From Verrucomicrobiaceae bacterium (lineage in GTDB: Bacteria; Verrucomicrobiota; Verrucomicrobiia; Verrucomicrobiales; Akkermansiaceae), in NCBI GenBank assembly GCA_051252135.1, contig JBPOGH010000001.1, positions 224,001 to 288,000 on the forward strand: a stretch of DNA of 64,000 bases. The letters are read 5' to 3'. The notes beneath the pieces were generated by a model, which did not search any database, was not told where the DNA came from, and worked only from the letters and a program-made list of their open reading frames with translations. Position numbers and translations under genes: made by a program. This document shows, piece by piece, positions 10,181 through 19,522 of the stretch. Every line of letters starts with the position of its first letter. Position 1 is the stretch's first letter.

Positions 10181-10999
10181 CTATGCTGACTGAGCGGCCT
10201 GATGGACGGCGACCAGGGTTTTCAGAACGCCCTCTATTTGGTCGAGAGGGATTTGATTTGGTCCGTCAGAGAGTGCATCTGCAGGATTTTCGTGCACTTC
10301 CATGAAGACACCGTCGACTCCTGCCGCCACAGCGCAGCGTGCAAGGACGGGTGCCAGAACACCATCGCCACCCGTGGTGCCGCCCAGACCGCCAGGACGC
10401 TGGACCGAATGGGTGGCGTCGAAAATCACCGGGACGCCCTGTTCGCGAATCCAAGGAAGTGAGCGCATGTCGGCGACCAGATTATTATAACCGAAGGTGG
10501 TTCCTCGTTCGGTGATGGTGAACTGTTCGCAGCCGAATGCTTTTAGTTTGCCGATGATGGGATCGATATCCCAAGGGGCAAGGAACTGACCTTTTTTTAC
10601 ATTTACCGGTCGACCGGTCTTGGCTGCTGCCTCGAGAAGGTCGGTCTGACGGCAAAGAAAGGCGGGGATCTGCAGGAAATCGATGTGCTTCCCCGCGTAA
10701 GTTGCTTCTGCAGGGGTGTGAATGTCAGTGGTCACCGGAACACCCAGGTCCTTACCAATCTCGCCCAAGATTCGGCAGCCTTCCTCGACTCCCGGACCAC
10801 GGTAGGAATCGACGGAGGTCCGATTGGCTTTATCGTAGGATGCCTTGAAGATGAACGGGACGCCGAGTCGGTCGGTGATCTCCTTTAGAGCCCGCGCCAT
10901 GCGCCATGCAAATTCCTCATCCTCAAGCCCGCAAGGTCCAAGAATGAAGAAGGGGCGACCGGTGCCGACCGCGATGTTAGATATATTAAAGGTGTTCAT
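10181..10999 (-). CDS. kdsA: KDO8P synthase
   Basis: KASYDKANRTS, QIPAFLCRQTDL, KKGQF, DATHSVQ motifs. Confidence 0.98.
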   Translation of the reverse strand: MNTFNISNIAVGTGRPFFILGPCGLEDEEFAWRMARALKEITDRLGVPFIFKASYDKANRTSVDSYRGPGVEEGCRILGEIGKDLGVPVTTDIHTPAEATYAGKHIDFLQIPAFLCRQTDLLEAAAKTGRPVNVKKGQFLAPWDIDPIIGKLKAFGCEQFTITERGTTFGYNNLVADMRSLPWIREQGVPVIFDATHSVQRPGGLGGTTGGDGVLAPVLARCAVAAGVDGVFMEVHENPADALSDGPNQIPLDQIEGVLKTLVAVHQAAQSA

Positions 11000-11265
11000 G
11001 ATTCGGAGGCGGCGAGGTAGAATTCGCGGAGTTTTTCGAGCGCGATTTTAAGGAGTTTTTTTTCGGAGTCGTTAAGATTTCCTTTTGTCTTCTCACGAAG
11101 CATTTCGAGGTTGTCGATGACGTTGGCTGCTTTCTTGAGGTCTGTCTCGGTTTTTCCGGTGGCAGGATTCTCGACCTGCCCAAGAAACATGACCCCGGCT
11201 TGGGTTTGATAAAAGACGAAGGCCGAGAACCTGGGGTCGGGCGCTTCAAACTCTGGTTCACTCAT
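10996..11265 (-). CDS. DUF1844-like small protein
   Basis: LGQVENPATGK...A...ID.LEMLREKTKGNL...E signature. Confidence 0.8.
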   Translation of the reverse strand: MSEPEFEAPDPRFSAFVFYQTQAGVMFLGQVENPATGKTETDLKKAANVIDNLEMLREKTKGNLNDSEKKLLKIALEKLREFYLAASES

Positions 11266-11271
11266 GGATGG

Positions 11272-11300
11272 ACGCTAGGGAAAAGTGAATCGTTGCTCAA
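11272..11300 (-). promoter_or_regulatory. Sigma70 promoter for a probably leaderless DUF1844-kdsA-lpt transcript
   Basis: Minus strand TTGAGC-17 bp-TAGCGT-6 bp-ATG. Confidence 0.55.
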
Positions 11301-13810
11301 GGGGAGACCGTGACAATCGTGGCATGGTCGTCTGCCAGTAATCGGGCGGCAACCCGGCGGATGTCATCCCCCGTAACGGCATCCATCAGATGATCTTGCT
11401 CAAGATGGTGATCGGCGGGGTGGCCGAGGAGGACATCGAGAGCAGCCATTGAAACCCGACTCTTCGCACTTTGGTTCTGAAGGGCTTGGGCGGCTCTCGC
11501 GTTGGCCTTGACCCGGATCAAGGTTTCTTCGGGGATGCCTTTTCCGGCAATCTCGTTAATTTGACCCATGAGCTCGGTGCGAGCGAGTTCCAGTTGATCC
11601 GGGGCTGTGCCCAAGTAGAACGCGAGGAGCCCGTCATTAACTCCCATAAACATGGAAGAGCTGACAAAGTAGGCAAGCCCCAGCTCCTCACGGATGCGGG
11701 TGAAAAGGGGGCCAGCCATGTCACTGCAATAGCTGTGTATCAACTCAAGGGCAAAGCGATCGGGGTCGGTCGCGGAGAGCCCGGGGTAACCGATGGCGAT
11801 GACGGCTTGCTCCTTATCGAGTTGTAGCTGGTATTCTCCGCTGGTGGTCGGGACGGGGTCCCTTTTGGATGGAGGGGAAGCAGCAGGAAGGCTCCCGAGA
11901 GTGGACTCAAGGAGCTTTAGGGTGGTTTCGGGGTCGATATCTCCGAAGAAGGCGCAAACCAAATTTTGAGCACCGAAGGAAGCGACGTGGTGGGCCAAGA
12001 TGTCGTTCCGGTTGAGGGCGGTGAGACTTTCGACCGTGCCGGAAGACGGAATGCCGTAGCCCTTGCCCGCCCAGAGTTGGTGCCGCAATTCCCGGAAGGC
12101 GAGGCTGGCCGGGTCCTCCAGAGCCTCTTTGAGTCGTGTGACAAGGGATGCCTTTTCCCTCTCAAGGGCGTCGGTGGGGAAGGCGGGTTCGCGGAGGATT
12201 TCACCGAGGGTGTTTAAGACCGGGGTCAGGTCATCCTTCAGACAATAGCTGGAAATGGTGAGGCTATTATTTCCGGCGGAAGGGCGGATCGAGGCACCGA
12301 GGTCCTCGAGGCTTTCGGCAATCTCCAAAGCGGACCGGGAGGCAGTTCCCTGAAGAAGGAGGGTGGAGAGGAGTCGATTGAGACCAGCCTTCTCAGGAGT
12401 CTCGGATAGGCACCCTGCGAGGAGCGCGACATTTCCATACACGACAGGAATCCTCGGATCCCGTTGAAGGATGACCCGAACTCCATTGGAGAGAGTGTGT
12501 TCGGTAAGCGCGTCGGGCTTCAGGACATCCCGAGTCTCGGCATCTTGGGTGGCGACTTCCTCGGGGACGAGCATCGTTGTCGTTAGTAGATCAGGAACGA
12601 GGTAACGACCGATGACGCGGTGAAGGTCGGCGGAGGTCACCTTGGCGAGGTGATCAATGAAATCGCGGGTATGATCGAGGTTGCGGGTCTCATTCCAATT
12701 GGAAGCGAGGTCGGAGGCTCGGCCGGAGGCAGTAGCTAGAATTTTGAACTGCTGGGAGGCGGTCTGTCTGAGCGCGCGTTTGAGTTCATGGTCGAGGTTT
12801 CGGGCGGACAGCTGGCCAATTTGTTTGTGAATGGCAGCAATAAGATCGTCGATCTTGTCGTGTTCAGCCTCGGCATAAACGCAGAAGAGTCCCGGCCCCT
12901 GAGCCGGAAGCCAGGAGTAGGCTCCAATGGAATAAGCCAATTCCTGCTTTTCTCTGATTTCGCGGAAGAGTGGAGCGGAGCGTCCACCACCGAGAACCAC
13001 AGAAAGGAGATCAAGGGCGGCAGCATCGGGGTGCGAAGAAGCGGGTGCCTGCCAGCTCAACGAGAGATGGGTTGCAGGGATGGCAAAGGATTTTTGCGCT
13101 GCGCGCGCACCGAGTTGTTTGGGTTCGTCGGTAAGATAGACAGGGAAATCCGCGAAAGGCCTGAGGCCCTTGGCGAGTTCGCGGGTGATGATTTTTTTTG
13201 CGGCAGCAGCCTCAAAGCCACCGGAGATGACCAAGAAGGATTTCTCCGGGCGGTATCGGGCATGATGGTAGGTCACCATCTGATCGTAGGTGATGGAATC
13301 AAAGAGATCCCGATACCCGATCACGGGGTGCCGACGGCAGTCTTTTTGATAAGCGGTCCTGAACAGAAGCTGATGATTGACTGAATCAGGATCGTCCAAT
13401 CCCATCGCTATCTCACGGCGGATGACCTCTTTTTCTTTCTCAAACTCGTCCTCGGGGAAAGACGGGCGAAAAACCATTTCGACCAATGCCGAGATGAACA
13501 GGTCGAGGGATTCCGCAGGGCCGTCGATGTAATAGACAGTGCGATCAAAGGTGGTGTAGGCATTCCATTGGCCGCCTGCTGCCTGCACTTCCTGAGATAA
13601 GGCTTCACCGGTAAAGCGATCGGTCCCCTTGAAGACCATGTGCTCGAGAAGGTGGGAGATTCCAGTGCCCGCCAGAGCGGATTCGTGCATGGATCCGGTC
13701 TCAACCCACAACTGAACGCTGATGACAACGGAACCGTCGGCGGGGTCGAGGATGGTATCTAGTCCTGGCTCAAGTGTTTCGACGCACGCGGTCGTGGTGG
13801 GGAATCTCAT
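11297..13810 (-). CDS. M16 (pitrilysin/insulinase) zinc peptidase
   Basis: HxxEH motif (HLLEHMVFKGT), NAYTTFDRT, duplicated halves with LFREIREK and LFTRIREE. Confidence 0.95.
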   Translation of the reverse strand: MRFPTTTACVETLEPGLDTILDPADGSVVISVQLWVETGSMHESALAGTGISHLLEHMVFKGTDRFTGEALSQEVQAAGGQWNAYTTFDRTVYYIDGPAESLDLFISALVEMVFRPSFPEDEFEKEKEVIRREIAMGLDDPDSVNHQLLFRTAYQKDCRRHPVIGYRDLFDSITYDQMVTYHHARYRPEKSFLVISGGFEAAAAKKIITRELAKGLRPFADFPVYLTDEPKQLGARAAQKSFAIPATHLSLSWQAPASSHPDAAALDLLSVVLGGGRSAPLFREIREKQELAYSIGAYSWLPAQGPGLFCVYAEAEHDKIDDLIAAIHKQIGQLSARNLDHELKRALRQTASQQFKILATASGRASDLASNWNETRNLDHTRDFIDHLAKVTSADLHRVIGRYLVPDLLTTTMLVPEEVATQDAETRDVLKPDALTEHTLSNGVRVILQRDPRIPVVYGNVALLAGCLSETPEKAGLNRLLSTLLLQGTASRSALEIAESLEDLGASIRPSAGNNSLTISSYCLKDDLTPVLNTLGEILREPAFPTDALEREKASLVTRLKEALEDPASLAFRELRHQLWAGKGYGIPSSGTVESLTALNRNDILAHHVASFGAQNLVCAFFGDIDPETTLKLLESTLGSLPAASPPSKRDPVPTTSGEYQLQLDKEQAVIAIGYPGLSATDPDRFALELIHSYCSDMAGPLFTRIREELGLAYFVSSSMFMGVNDGLLAFYLGTAPDQLELARTELMGQINEIAGKGIPEETLIRVKANARAAQALQNQSAKSRVSMAALDVLLGHPADHHLEQDHLMDAVTGDDIRRVAARLLADDHATIVTVSP

Positions 13811-13855
13811 CTGCGATCAACTTTGAACTCCCCGGAGCGCGGATCAAGCTGACAG

Positions 13856-14770
13856 TTAGGAAAGGGTGACCCAAAGTGATTTTAAATAGGGTGACTCCGT
13901 GAAGTCCGGGGGCATTTTGGCCGAATGAACTCTCGAATTCCGGGGGATGAAGGGGCGAAGTTGTTTTTCAAATTCCCCGGAGGTCATGCCTCGATAATTA
14001 TGGCAACCGAGGATGGTCCCTCCCGGTGCAAGACAGGCGAGAGCAAGTTGGAAAAGCGAGGGGTAGTCTTTTTCGACCCGAAACACCTTTCCTTTGTCGT
14101 CACGGGAGAAGGTGGGGGGATCGAGGACGATAGCGTCAAATCGGCGACCTTGTTTGGCAAAGCGTTTCAACCAGTGAAACGTGTCACCCTTGCAAAAATA
14201 GTGATCGGCGGGATCCATGTCATTGAGCCGGAAGTTCTCCCTGGCCCAATCAAGGTAGACTTGGGAGAGGTCGAGCGTGCTGGTGGTGGCTCCGGCAGCA
14301 GCAGCGGCCACCGAGAAAAAGCCGGTGTAGCCGAAGGTGTTCAGGAGGGTCTTGCCCGGGGCCATGAGATCGCGGATCGCAAGGCGATTGTCACGTTGGT
14401 CCAGAAACAATCCCTGAGAGTATCCGGACTGGAAGGAAAGGCGTGATTTGAGCCCGTTTTCCACGCCAACAAAGAACTCAGGGGCATTTTCGCCTCCCAG
14501 ATGTAGGGGGGATTCTTTTTGGTGTTGATGGAGCTTCTTCCAATAGAGCGAGCGCGGCATTCTCCCGAGGAGTTCGCTTTCGAGAGAACTGTCCAGATTT
14601 TCCTGTTGGGTTGAGACCAGCCAGTGACCGTTAAGCGAATCGAGATAGACTCCTGTCAAATCGTCACCGTCTCCGTCGATTAAGCGAACAAGGTCCGTGT
14701 TTGGCGTGAGTAGTGTTTTGCGGAGACGGAGCGCAGAATCGATGGATTTGGACAGGCGAAGTGTGGACAT
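13856..14770 (-). CDS. Class I SAM-dependent rRNA methyltransferase (RlmI/RlmK-like)
   Basis: GLFLDQRDNR, LNTFGYTGFFS, LDPPTF motifs; ATG 14770 preferred as start. Confidence 0.88.
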   Translation of the reverse strand: MSTLRLSKSIDSALRLRKTLLTPNTDLVRLIDGDGDDLTGVYLDSLNGHWLVSTQQENLDSSLESELLGRMPRSLYWKKLHQHQKESPLHLGGENAPEFFVGVENGLKSRLSFQSGYSQGLFLDQRDNRLAIRDLMAPGKTLLNTFGYTGFFSVAAAAAGATTSTLDLSQVYLDWARENFRLNDMDPADHYFCKGDTFHWLKRFAKQGRRFDAIVLDPPTFSRDDKGKVFRVEKDYPSLFQLALACLAPGGTILGCHNYRGMTSGEFEKQLRPFIPRNSRVHSAKMPPDFTESPYLKSLWVTLS

Positions 14771-14801
14771 TGATCGCGGTTCTTCTACCATTGCCCGAGC
14801 A

Positions 14802-16730
14802 ATGAGCGAATGGAAATCCTTACTCGATCAGGCCGTCACCAACGGCGATATCTCTGCAGCCTCACGGAAGAATATCGACCTTTTCCTGGCGGGGACCGGT
14901 TCTCCGGTTGGAGAAAGCGCTATTGTTGAACTTGTTGAGCAGGGTGCCTGGCAGGAGCTTGATGACCGCTTTTTTAAGACGCTTGCCTTCGGAACAGGAG
15001 GGTTGCGTGGCCGGACAGTGGGACGGATTGTTACGAGCGCCGAGCAAGGGGCCGGTGGTCCGCTGGAACGACCCGAACATCCCTGCGTGGGCACGGCAAC
15101 GATGAACTTCTTTAACCTAAAGAGGGCAATGCTCGGAATGGTGACCTACCTCTTGAAATCTTATAACGGAGAGGGGCGCCCTTCCATTGTGATTGGTCAT
15201 GACACCCGGCACTTTTCGAGGGATTTTGCAGAGACGTGTGCGAAGGTTTGCACCGATCTCGGGGTGGACGCCTACCTTTTTGAAGGACCACGGGCCACAC
15301 CGCAAATCTCCTTTGCGATTCGGGAGCTTAGGGCCGATGCGGGTGTTGTTTTAACGGCAAGCCATAACCCTTCGCACGACAACGGATTCAAGGCTTACTT
15401 TTCGGAGGGATCGCAGATCGTAGAGCCTGCTGCGAGCGGGATCATCGCGGAAGTCAATGCGCTCACCAGCGAGGATTATCAGGCCAAACCCGAAGCCGAG
15501 CAGGGGGAGTTGACTGTATTGGGCTCCGAGATGGACCGAACCTATATGGACCGACTCAGGAGCGTCTTGCTTCAACCGTCGCTTCTTGAAGGGCGGAAGG
15601 CGAAAGTGGTCTACACCAACCTGCATGGCACCGGAGGTGTGATTATCGTCCCCATGTTGCGGGAGTTGGGATTCGAGGTGCTTACGGTGGAGGAGCAGGA
15701 TTCTCATGACGGGCGTTTTCCGACCGTTGAATCACCCAATCCGGAGAACGCTTCCGCGTTGGCGATGGCGATCGATCTCGCCGAGAAAGAAGGGGCTGAT
15801 GCGTTAATCGGGACCGATCCCGATTGCGATCGCATGGGCGTGGCGGTGCGGAATGAGGCGGGGGAGATGGAGTTGCTTACCGGAAACCAGATCGGGTCAT
15901 TGATTGGATGGTATCGGATCAAGACGATGTTTGATCTGGGATGGCTCACAGAGAGCAACCGGAGTCGTGCTGTTCTGGTGAAAACCTTGGTGACCACCGA
16001 ACTTCAGAGCAAGGTGGCCGCCCAGTATGGAATCAGTGTGGTGAACACCTTGACGGGCTTTAAATACATCGGTGAGAAACTTGCGAAATACGAGGCTGCC
16101 ATTCCCGCTGAGAAGAAGGGGGATTATCGCAGCCTGAGCGAGGACGAGAGCCGGAAGCTTCGTCTGGAATATTCCAAATTCTTTGTCTTTGGTGGCGAGG
16201 AAAGCTACGGATATCTCGGCTCCGATTTTGTCCGCGATAAGGATGGTAATGCATCAGCGGTGATGTTCGCCGAATTGGCGGCTTATGCCATGAGCGAGGG
16301 GACCACCATTTCGGGGCTGCGTGATCAGGTCTGGGCGGAATACGGAGTTCACCTTGAGATTGGAAAATCATTGGTGATGGAGGGAAGTGCGGGAGCAGCG
16401 AAGATTGCCGCTTTGGTGAAGTCTTACAGCGAAAATCCACCTTCCGAGATTGACGGTTCCGCTTGTGTCAGTGTGAAGGATTACGCCAAGGGGGGCTTCT
16501 ACGATGAAGAGGGTGATGAGATTCCAGCCGCCGATATGTTATTTGTTGAGTTGGCTGACGGACGCCGTTTTGCGGTGCGCCCGTCGGGAACCGAGCCCAA
16601 AATCAAGTATTACATTTTTGGGGAGTCGGCGCCTACGGAAGATGTCGCGGGAAGCAAGGCTGCGGTTCTGGCTTCGCTGGAATCATTGTGGAGCGTTGTA
16701 GAGAAAGATGCCTACGAGCGAATGGGGTGA
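14802..16730 (+). CDS. pgm: Phosphoglucomutase/phosphomannomutase
   Basis: FGTGGLRG, TASHNP, DPDCDR, GGEESYG, RPSGTEPKIK motifs; ATG 14802. Confidence 0.95.
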   Translation: MSEWKSLLDQAVTNGDISAASRKNIDLFLAGTGSPVGESAIVELVEQGAWQELDDRFFKTLAFGTGGLRGRTVGRIVTSAEQGAGGPLERPEHPCVGTATMNFFNLKRAMLGMVTYLLKSYNGEGRPSIVIGHDTRHFSRDFAETCAKVCTDLGVDAYLFEGPRATPQISFAIRELRADAGVVLTASHNPSHDNGFKAYFSEGSQIVEPAASGIIAEVNALTSEDYQAKPEAEQGELTVLGSEMDRTYMDRLRSVLLQPSLLEGRKAKVVYTNLHGTGGVIIVPMLRELGFEVLTVEEQDSHDGRFPTVESPNPENASALAMAIDLAEKEGADALIGTDPDCDRMGVAVRNEAGEMELLTGNQIGSLIGWYRIKTMFDLGWLTESNRSRAVLVKTLVTTELQSKVAAQYGISVVNTLTGFKYIGEKLAKYEAAIPAEKKGDYRSLSEDESRKLRLEYSKFFVFGGEESYGYLGSDFVRDKDGNASAVMFAELAAYAMSEGTTISGLRDQVWAEYGVHLEIGKSLVMEGSAGAAKIAALVKSYSENPPSEIDGSACVSVKDYAKGGFYDEEGDEIPAADMLFVELADGRRFAVRPSGTEPKIKYYIFGESAPTEDVAGSKAAVLASLESLWSVVEKDAYERMG

Positions 16731-18448
16731 TGCGGCGATTGATCAGACCAATCCTGGCACTCGCGAGTGGTGCCGCGCTCGCGCTTTGCTTTGCGCCCTT
16801 TAACCAAAGTTGGATCGTTTGGGGGTGGATGTGGGTGCTGCTTCCATTGTTGTGGACCGTAGGCCCCGAGAAGCCCCGACGTGCCGGATTCGGGCTCGCC
16901 TATTTGAGCGGGCTGGGTTTTTGGTTCGTTAACTTGAAGTGGATTTTCACAGTTACGAGTCTTGGGGCGGTGACGATGGCCGTTTACTTTTCGGTTTACT
17001 TCGGATGCTTCGGAGCGTTCGCGGCAGTGGCAGGAAATCCTTGGCGTAAATCGGTTAAAACTCCGAAGGGAGTCCGCGATCGTTTTCGTGAGATGGGACG
17101 CAGTCTGGGAGTGGCGGCCCTTCTTGGCGGGTTCTGGTGCGGGATGGAATGGATCCGCGGGTGGATGTTGACAGGGTTCGGTTGGAACGGGTTGGGAACG
17201 GCGTTTTTCGATAGTCTGGTGCTCGCTCAAAACGCCGAATTTGTGGGTGTGATCGGCCTTTCCTTCCTGCCGGTGTTTTTCAGCGCGGTGGTGGTGCAGG
17301 TGGCCCGGCGATTTTACCTTCAAGGGCGGGATGGCGGAGTGAAGCTGCTTCATTGGGATTTTGCGACAGCGCTCCTGGTGATCATGACGGCGTTTACAAT
17401 TGGGACGGTTCGGCTGACGTCGGTGACCAATCAGGAAATGGTGGAAGGGCGGGCGCTTCTCATTCAGCAAAATATTCCGCAAGTGGCCGGGCAAGTATCG
17501 TGGGAGCCGCAGCGGATCATTTCAGGCTTTGTCGAATTGACCGAAAAAGGGCTTGAGGAGGCCGATGAGGAAGTTGTGATGGCTCTTCAGGAGGCGGGTG
17601 AGGGGGTGCCGATATCGGTGAGGCGCCCCGATCTGGTGGTTTGGCCCGAGGCCTGCCTCCCGGAATGGTTTTTCATCGGGGACGACGGAGTCCCGCGCGC
17701 CGGGGCACCGATGGAGAGTTTTTTGGATTACGCGAAAGGCTTGGGTGAGTTTGCTCTCGTTACGGGGATCACTGAGGTCGATGGGAATCCTGCTTCGGCG
17801 GATGCCAAGGTCTACAACTCGATCATGATTGATGACGGAGAGGGACGGCAGACTTATCAAAAGCACCATTTGGTCTACTTTGGAGAGGCCATCCCCGATA
17901 TTCAATTTCTCCGGGATATTTACAAGAATACGACCGGAGTGGAGTTCGGGGGCGGACTTACACCCGGTAAGGTTCTTTTGCCGATGGAGGTGGAGATGGG
18001 CGGGGAACAGGTTGGAATCATTCCTTCGGTGTGCTTTGAAGACACAGTTCCGCGTCTCGCCAGAAGGTTTGTCCGCCCCGGTCCGCAGCTGATCATCAAC
18101 GTCACCAATGACGGATGGTTCCACGAAAGTGAGGGCGCGATGCAGCACTTTCAAAATTCCATCTTCAGAGCCATTGAGTTGCGACGGCCCATGGTGCGGT
18201 GTGCGAACCGGGGGGTGACGGGAGTGATCTCGGTGACAGGGAGCACGGTTGATCCGGAGACCCGGGAAGAGCGGCTTCTGTTAGATGAAGACGGGAGCCA
18301 TTTCCATCGGGGGGCACTACTTGCTTCGGTGCAAATCCCCAAGGATGGCGAGGTCACCCTCTATTCGAAATGGGGCGATTGGTTCGCGGTTACGGGTCTT
18401 CTTTGCGGATTATTACGGGGAGGCTTCGTTCGCTTGCGGAACAGTTAA
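16730..18448 (+). CDS. lnt: Apolipoprotein N-acyltransferase
   Basis: Multi-TM N-terminus; WPE, YQKHHLVYFGE, CFED and TNDGWF nitrilase-fold motifs. ATG overlaps the pgm TGA. Confidence 0.95.
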   Translation: MRRLIRPILALASGAALALCFAPFNQSWIVWGWMWVLLPLLWTVGPEKPRRAGFGLAYLSGLGFWFVNLKWIFTVTSLGAVTMAVYFSVYFGCFGAFAAVAGNPWRKSVKTPKGVRDRFREMGRSLGVAALLGGFWCGMEWIRGWMLTGFGWNGLGTAFFDSLVLAQNAEFVGVIGLSFLPVFFSAVVVQVARRFYLQGRDGGVKLLHWDFATALLVIMTAFTIGTVRLTSVTNQEMVEGRALLIQQNIPQVAGQVSWEPQRIISGFVELTEKGLEEADEEVVMALQEAGEGVPISVRRPDLVVWPEACLPEWFFIGDDGVPRAGAPMESFLDYAKGLGEFALVTGITEVDGNPASADAKVYNSIMIDDGEGRQTYQKHHLVYFGEAIPDIQFLRDIYKNTTGVEFGGGLTPGKVLLPMEVEMGGEQVGIIPSVCFEDTVPRLARRFVRPGPQLIINVTNDGWFHESEGAMQHFQNSIFRAIELRRPMVRCANRGVTGVISVTGSTVDPETREERLLLDEDGSHFHRGALLASVQIPKDGEVTLYSKWGDWFAVTGLLCGLLRGGFVRLRNS

Positions 18449-18468
18449 GGGTCTGGCAGTCTCCCGCC

Positions 18469-19518
18469 GTGCAAAGTGATGTCCGGGCTGTTCTACAGTA
18501 TGTTCCTTCCTTCAGGGGAAAGGTCTTTGTGCTGGTTATCAACGCCGCCCGGATGCCCGAGTTGGCGCTGGCCGAGGCCCTTCTTGATTTAATTGCCCTT
18601 CAGCAAGTGGGAGTCCGTCTGGTGGTCGTCTCCACCGGAAGTGGTGAAGCGGAAATTGCCCATCGTTTTGTGGATGGCGAACTGAAGTGGCAATCAGTGG
18701 ATACACCGGATGCCGAGCGAATTTTGGCTGTCCTGGGAAGGGGGCAGTTGGCCCTTCTTGAAATGCCGGGGGCGGGGGAGTTGGATGAACAGATTGTCCG
18801 GATAGCCAGCGAAGTGGGGGCTGCAAAATTGATCACTTTTGTTCCCAAGGCAATTCGGGAAGACGGGGTGAGGCTCCACGCAGTTTCCAGAGAGCAGGCA
18901 TCAACCTGGAGCGGCAAAACGAAAGACCTATTCAACGCGGCTGCGGCAGCCTGCGCCAAGGGGATTCCGCGCGTGCATTTGCTTGATGAAACGCGACAGG
19001 GGGTTTTGATGGACGAGCTGTTTTCGAACGAAGGGGTGGGGGTCATGGTGCACTCGGATGATTACCTGAGTGTCCGTGCCTTGGGGCAGGAAGATATTCC
19101 GGAGCTTTTGGCGATGATCGGACGATCGATTCGCGATGCGCATTTGGTGCCCCGCTCGTATGAAGAGATTGAAAAATCGATCACGGAGTTTCAGGTCCTG
19201 ACAGTGGATGACAACGTCGTCGGTTGTGTGGCGCTGCATCCTTATCCCGAAGGATGTGCCGAAGTGGCCTGCCTCTATGTGAAACAAAACCATGGTGCCG
19301 AAGGCTATGGCAAATTGCTGGTCAGAGCCGCGGAAAAGCGGGCGAAGGAATTGGGGTTTCCCTGGGTCTTTGCGCTGAGTAATCGAGCAGTCGATTACTT
19401 CGTTGAGCAGTTGGGATATGAACCGGTGGATGTGGCTACGATTCCGGAAAGTCGCCAAGAATTGCTGCGAAATAGCGGCCGGAATTCAATGGTGATTCGC
19501 AAGGAACTTGCTGATTGA
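18469..19518 (+). CDS. argA: Amino-acid N-acetyltransferase (ArgA-like, AAK + GNAT)
   Basis: LQYVPSFRGKVFV, RVHLLD...ELFSNEGVG, EVACLYV, SGRNS; GTG 18469. Confidence 0.85.
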   Translation: MQSDVRAVLQYVPSFRGKVFVLVINAARMPELALAEALLDLIALQQVGVRLVVVSTGSGEAEIAHRFVDGELKWQSVDTPDAERILAVLGRGQLALLEMPGAGELDEQIVRIASEVGAAKLITFVPKAIREDGVRLHAVSREQASTWSGKTKDLFNAAAAACAKGIPRVHLLDETRQGVLMDELFSNEGVGVMVHSDDYLSVRALGQEDIPELLAMIGRSIRDAHLVPRSYEEIEKSITEFQVLTVDDNVVGCVALHPYPEGCAEVACLYVKQNHGAEGYGKLLVRAAEKRAKELGFPWVFALSNRAVDYFVEQLGYEPVDVATIPESRQELLRNSGRNSMVIRKELAD

Positions 19519-19522
19519 CCAT

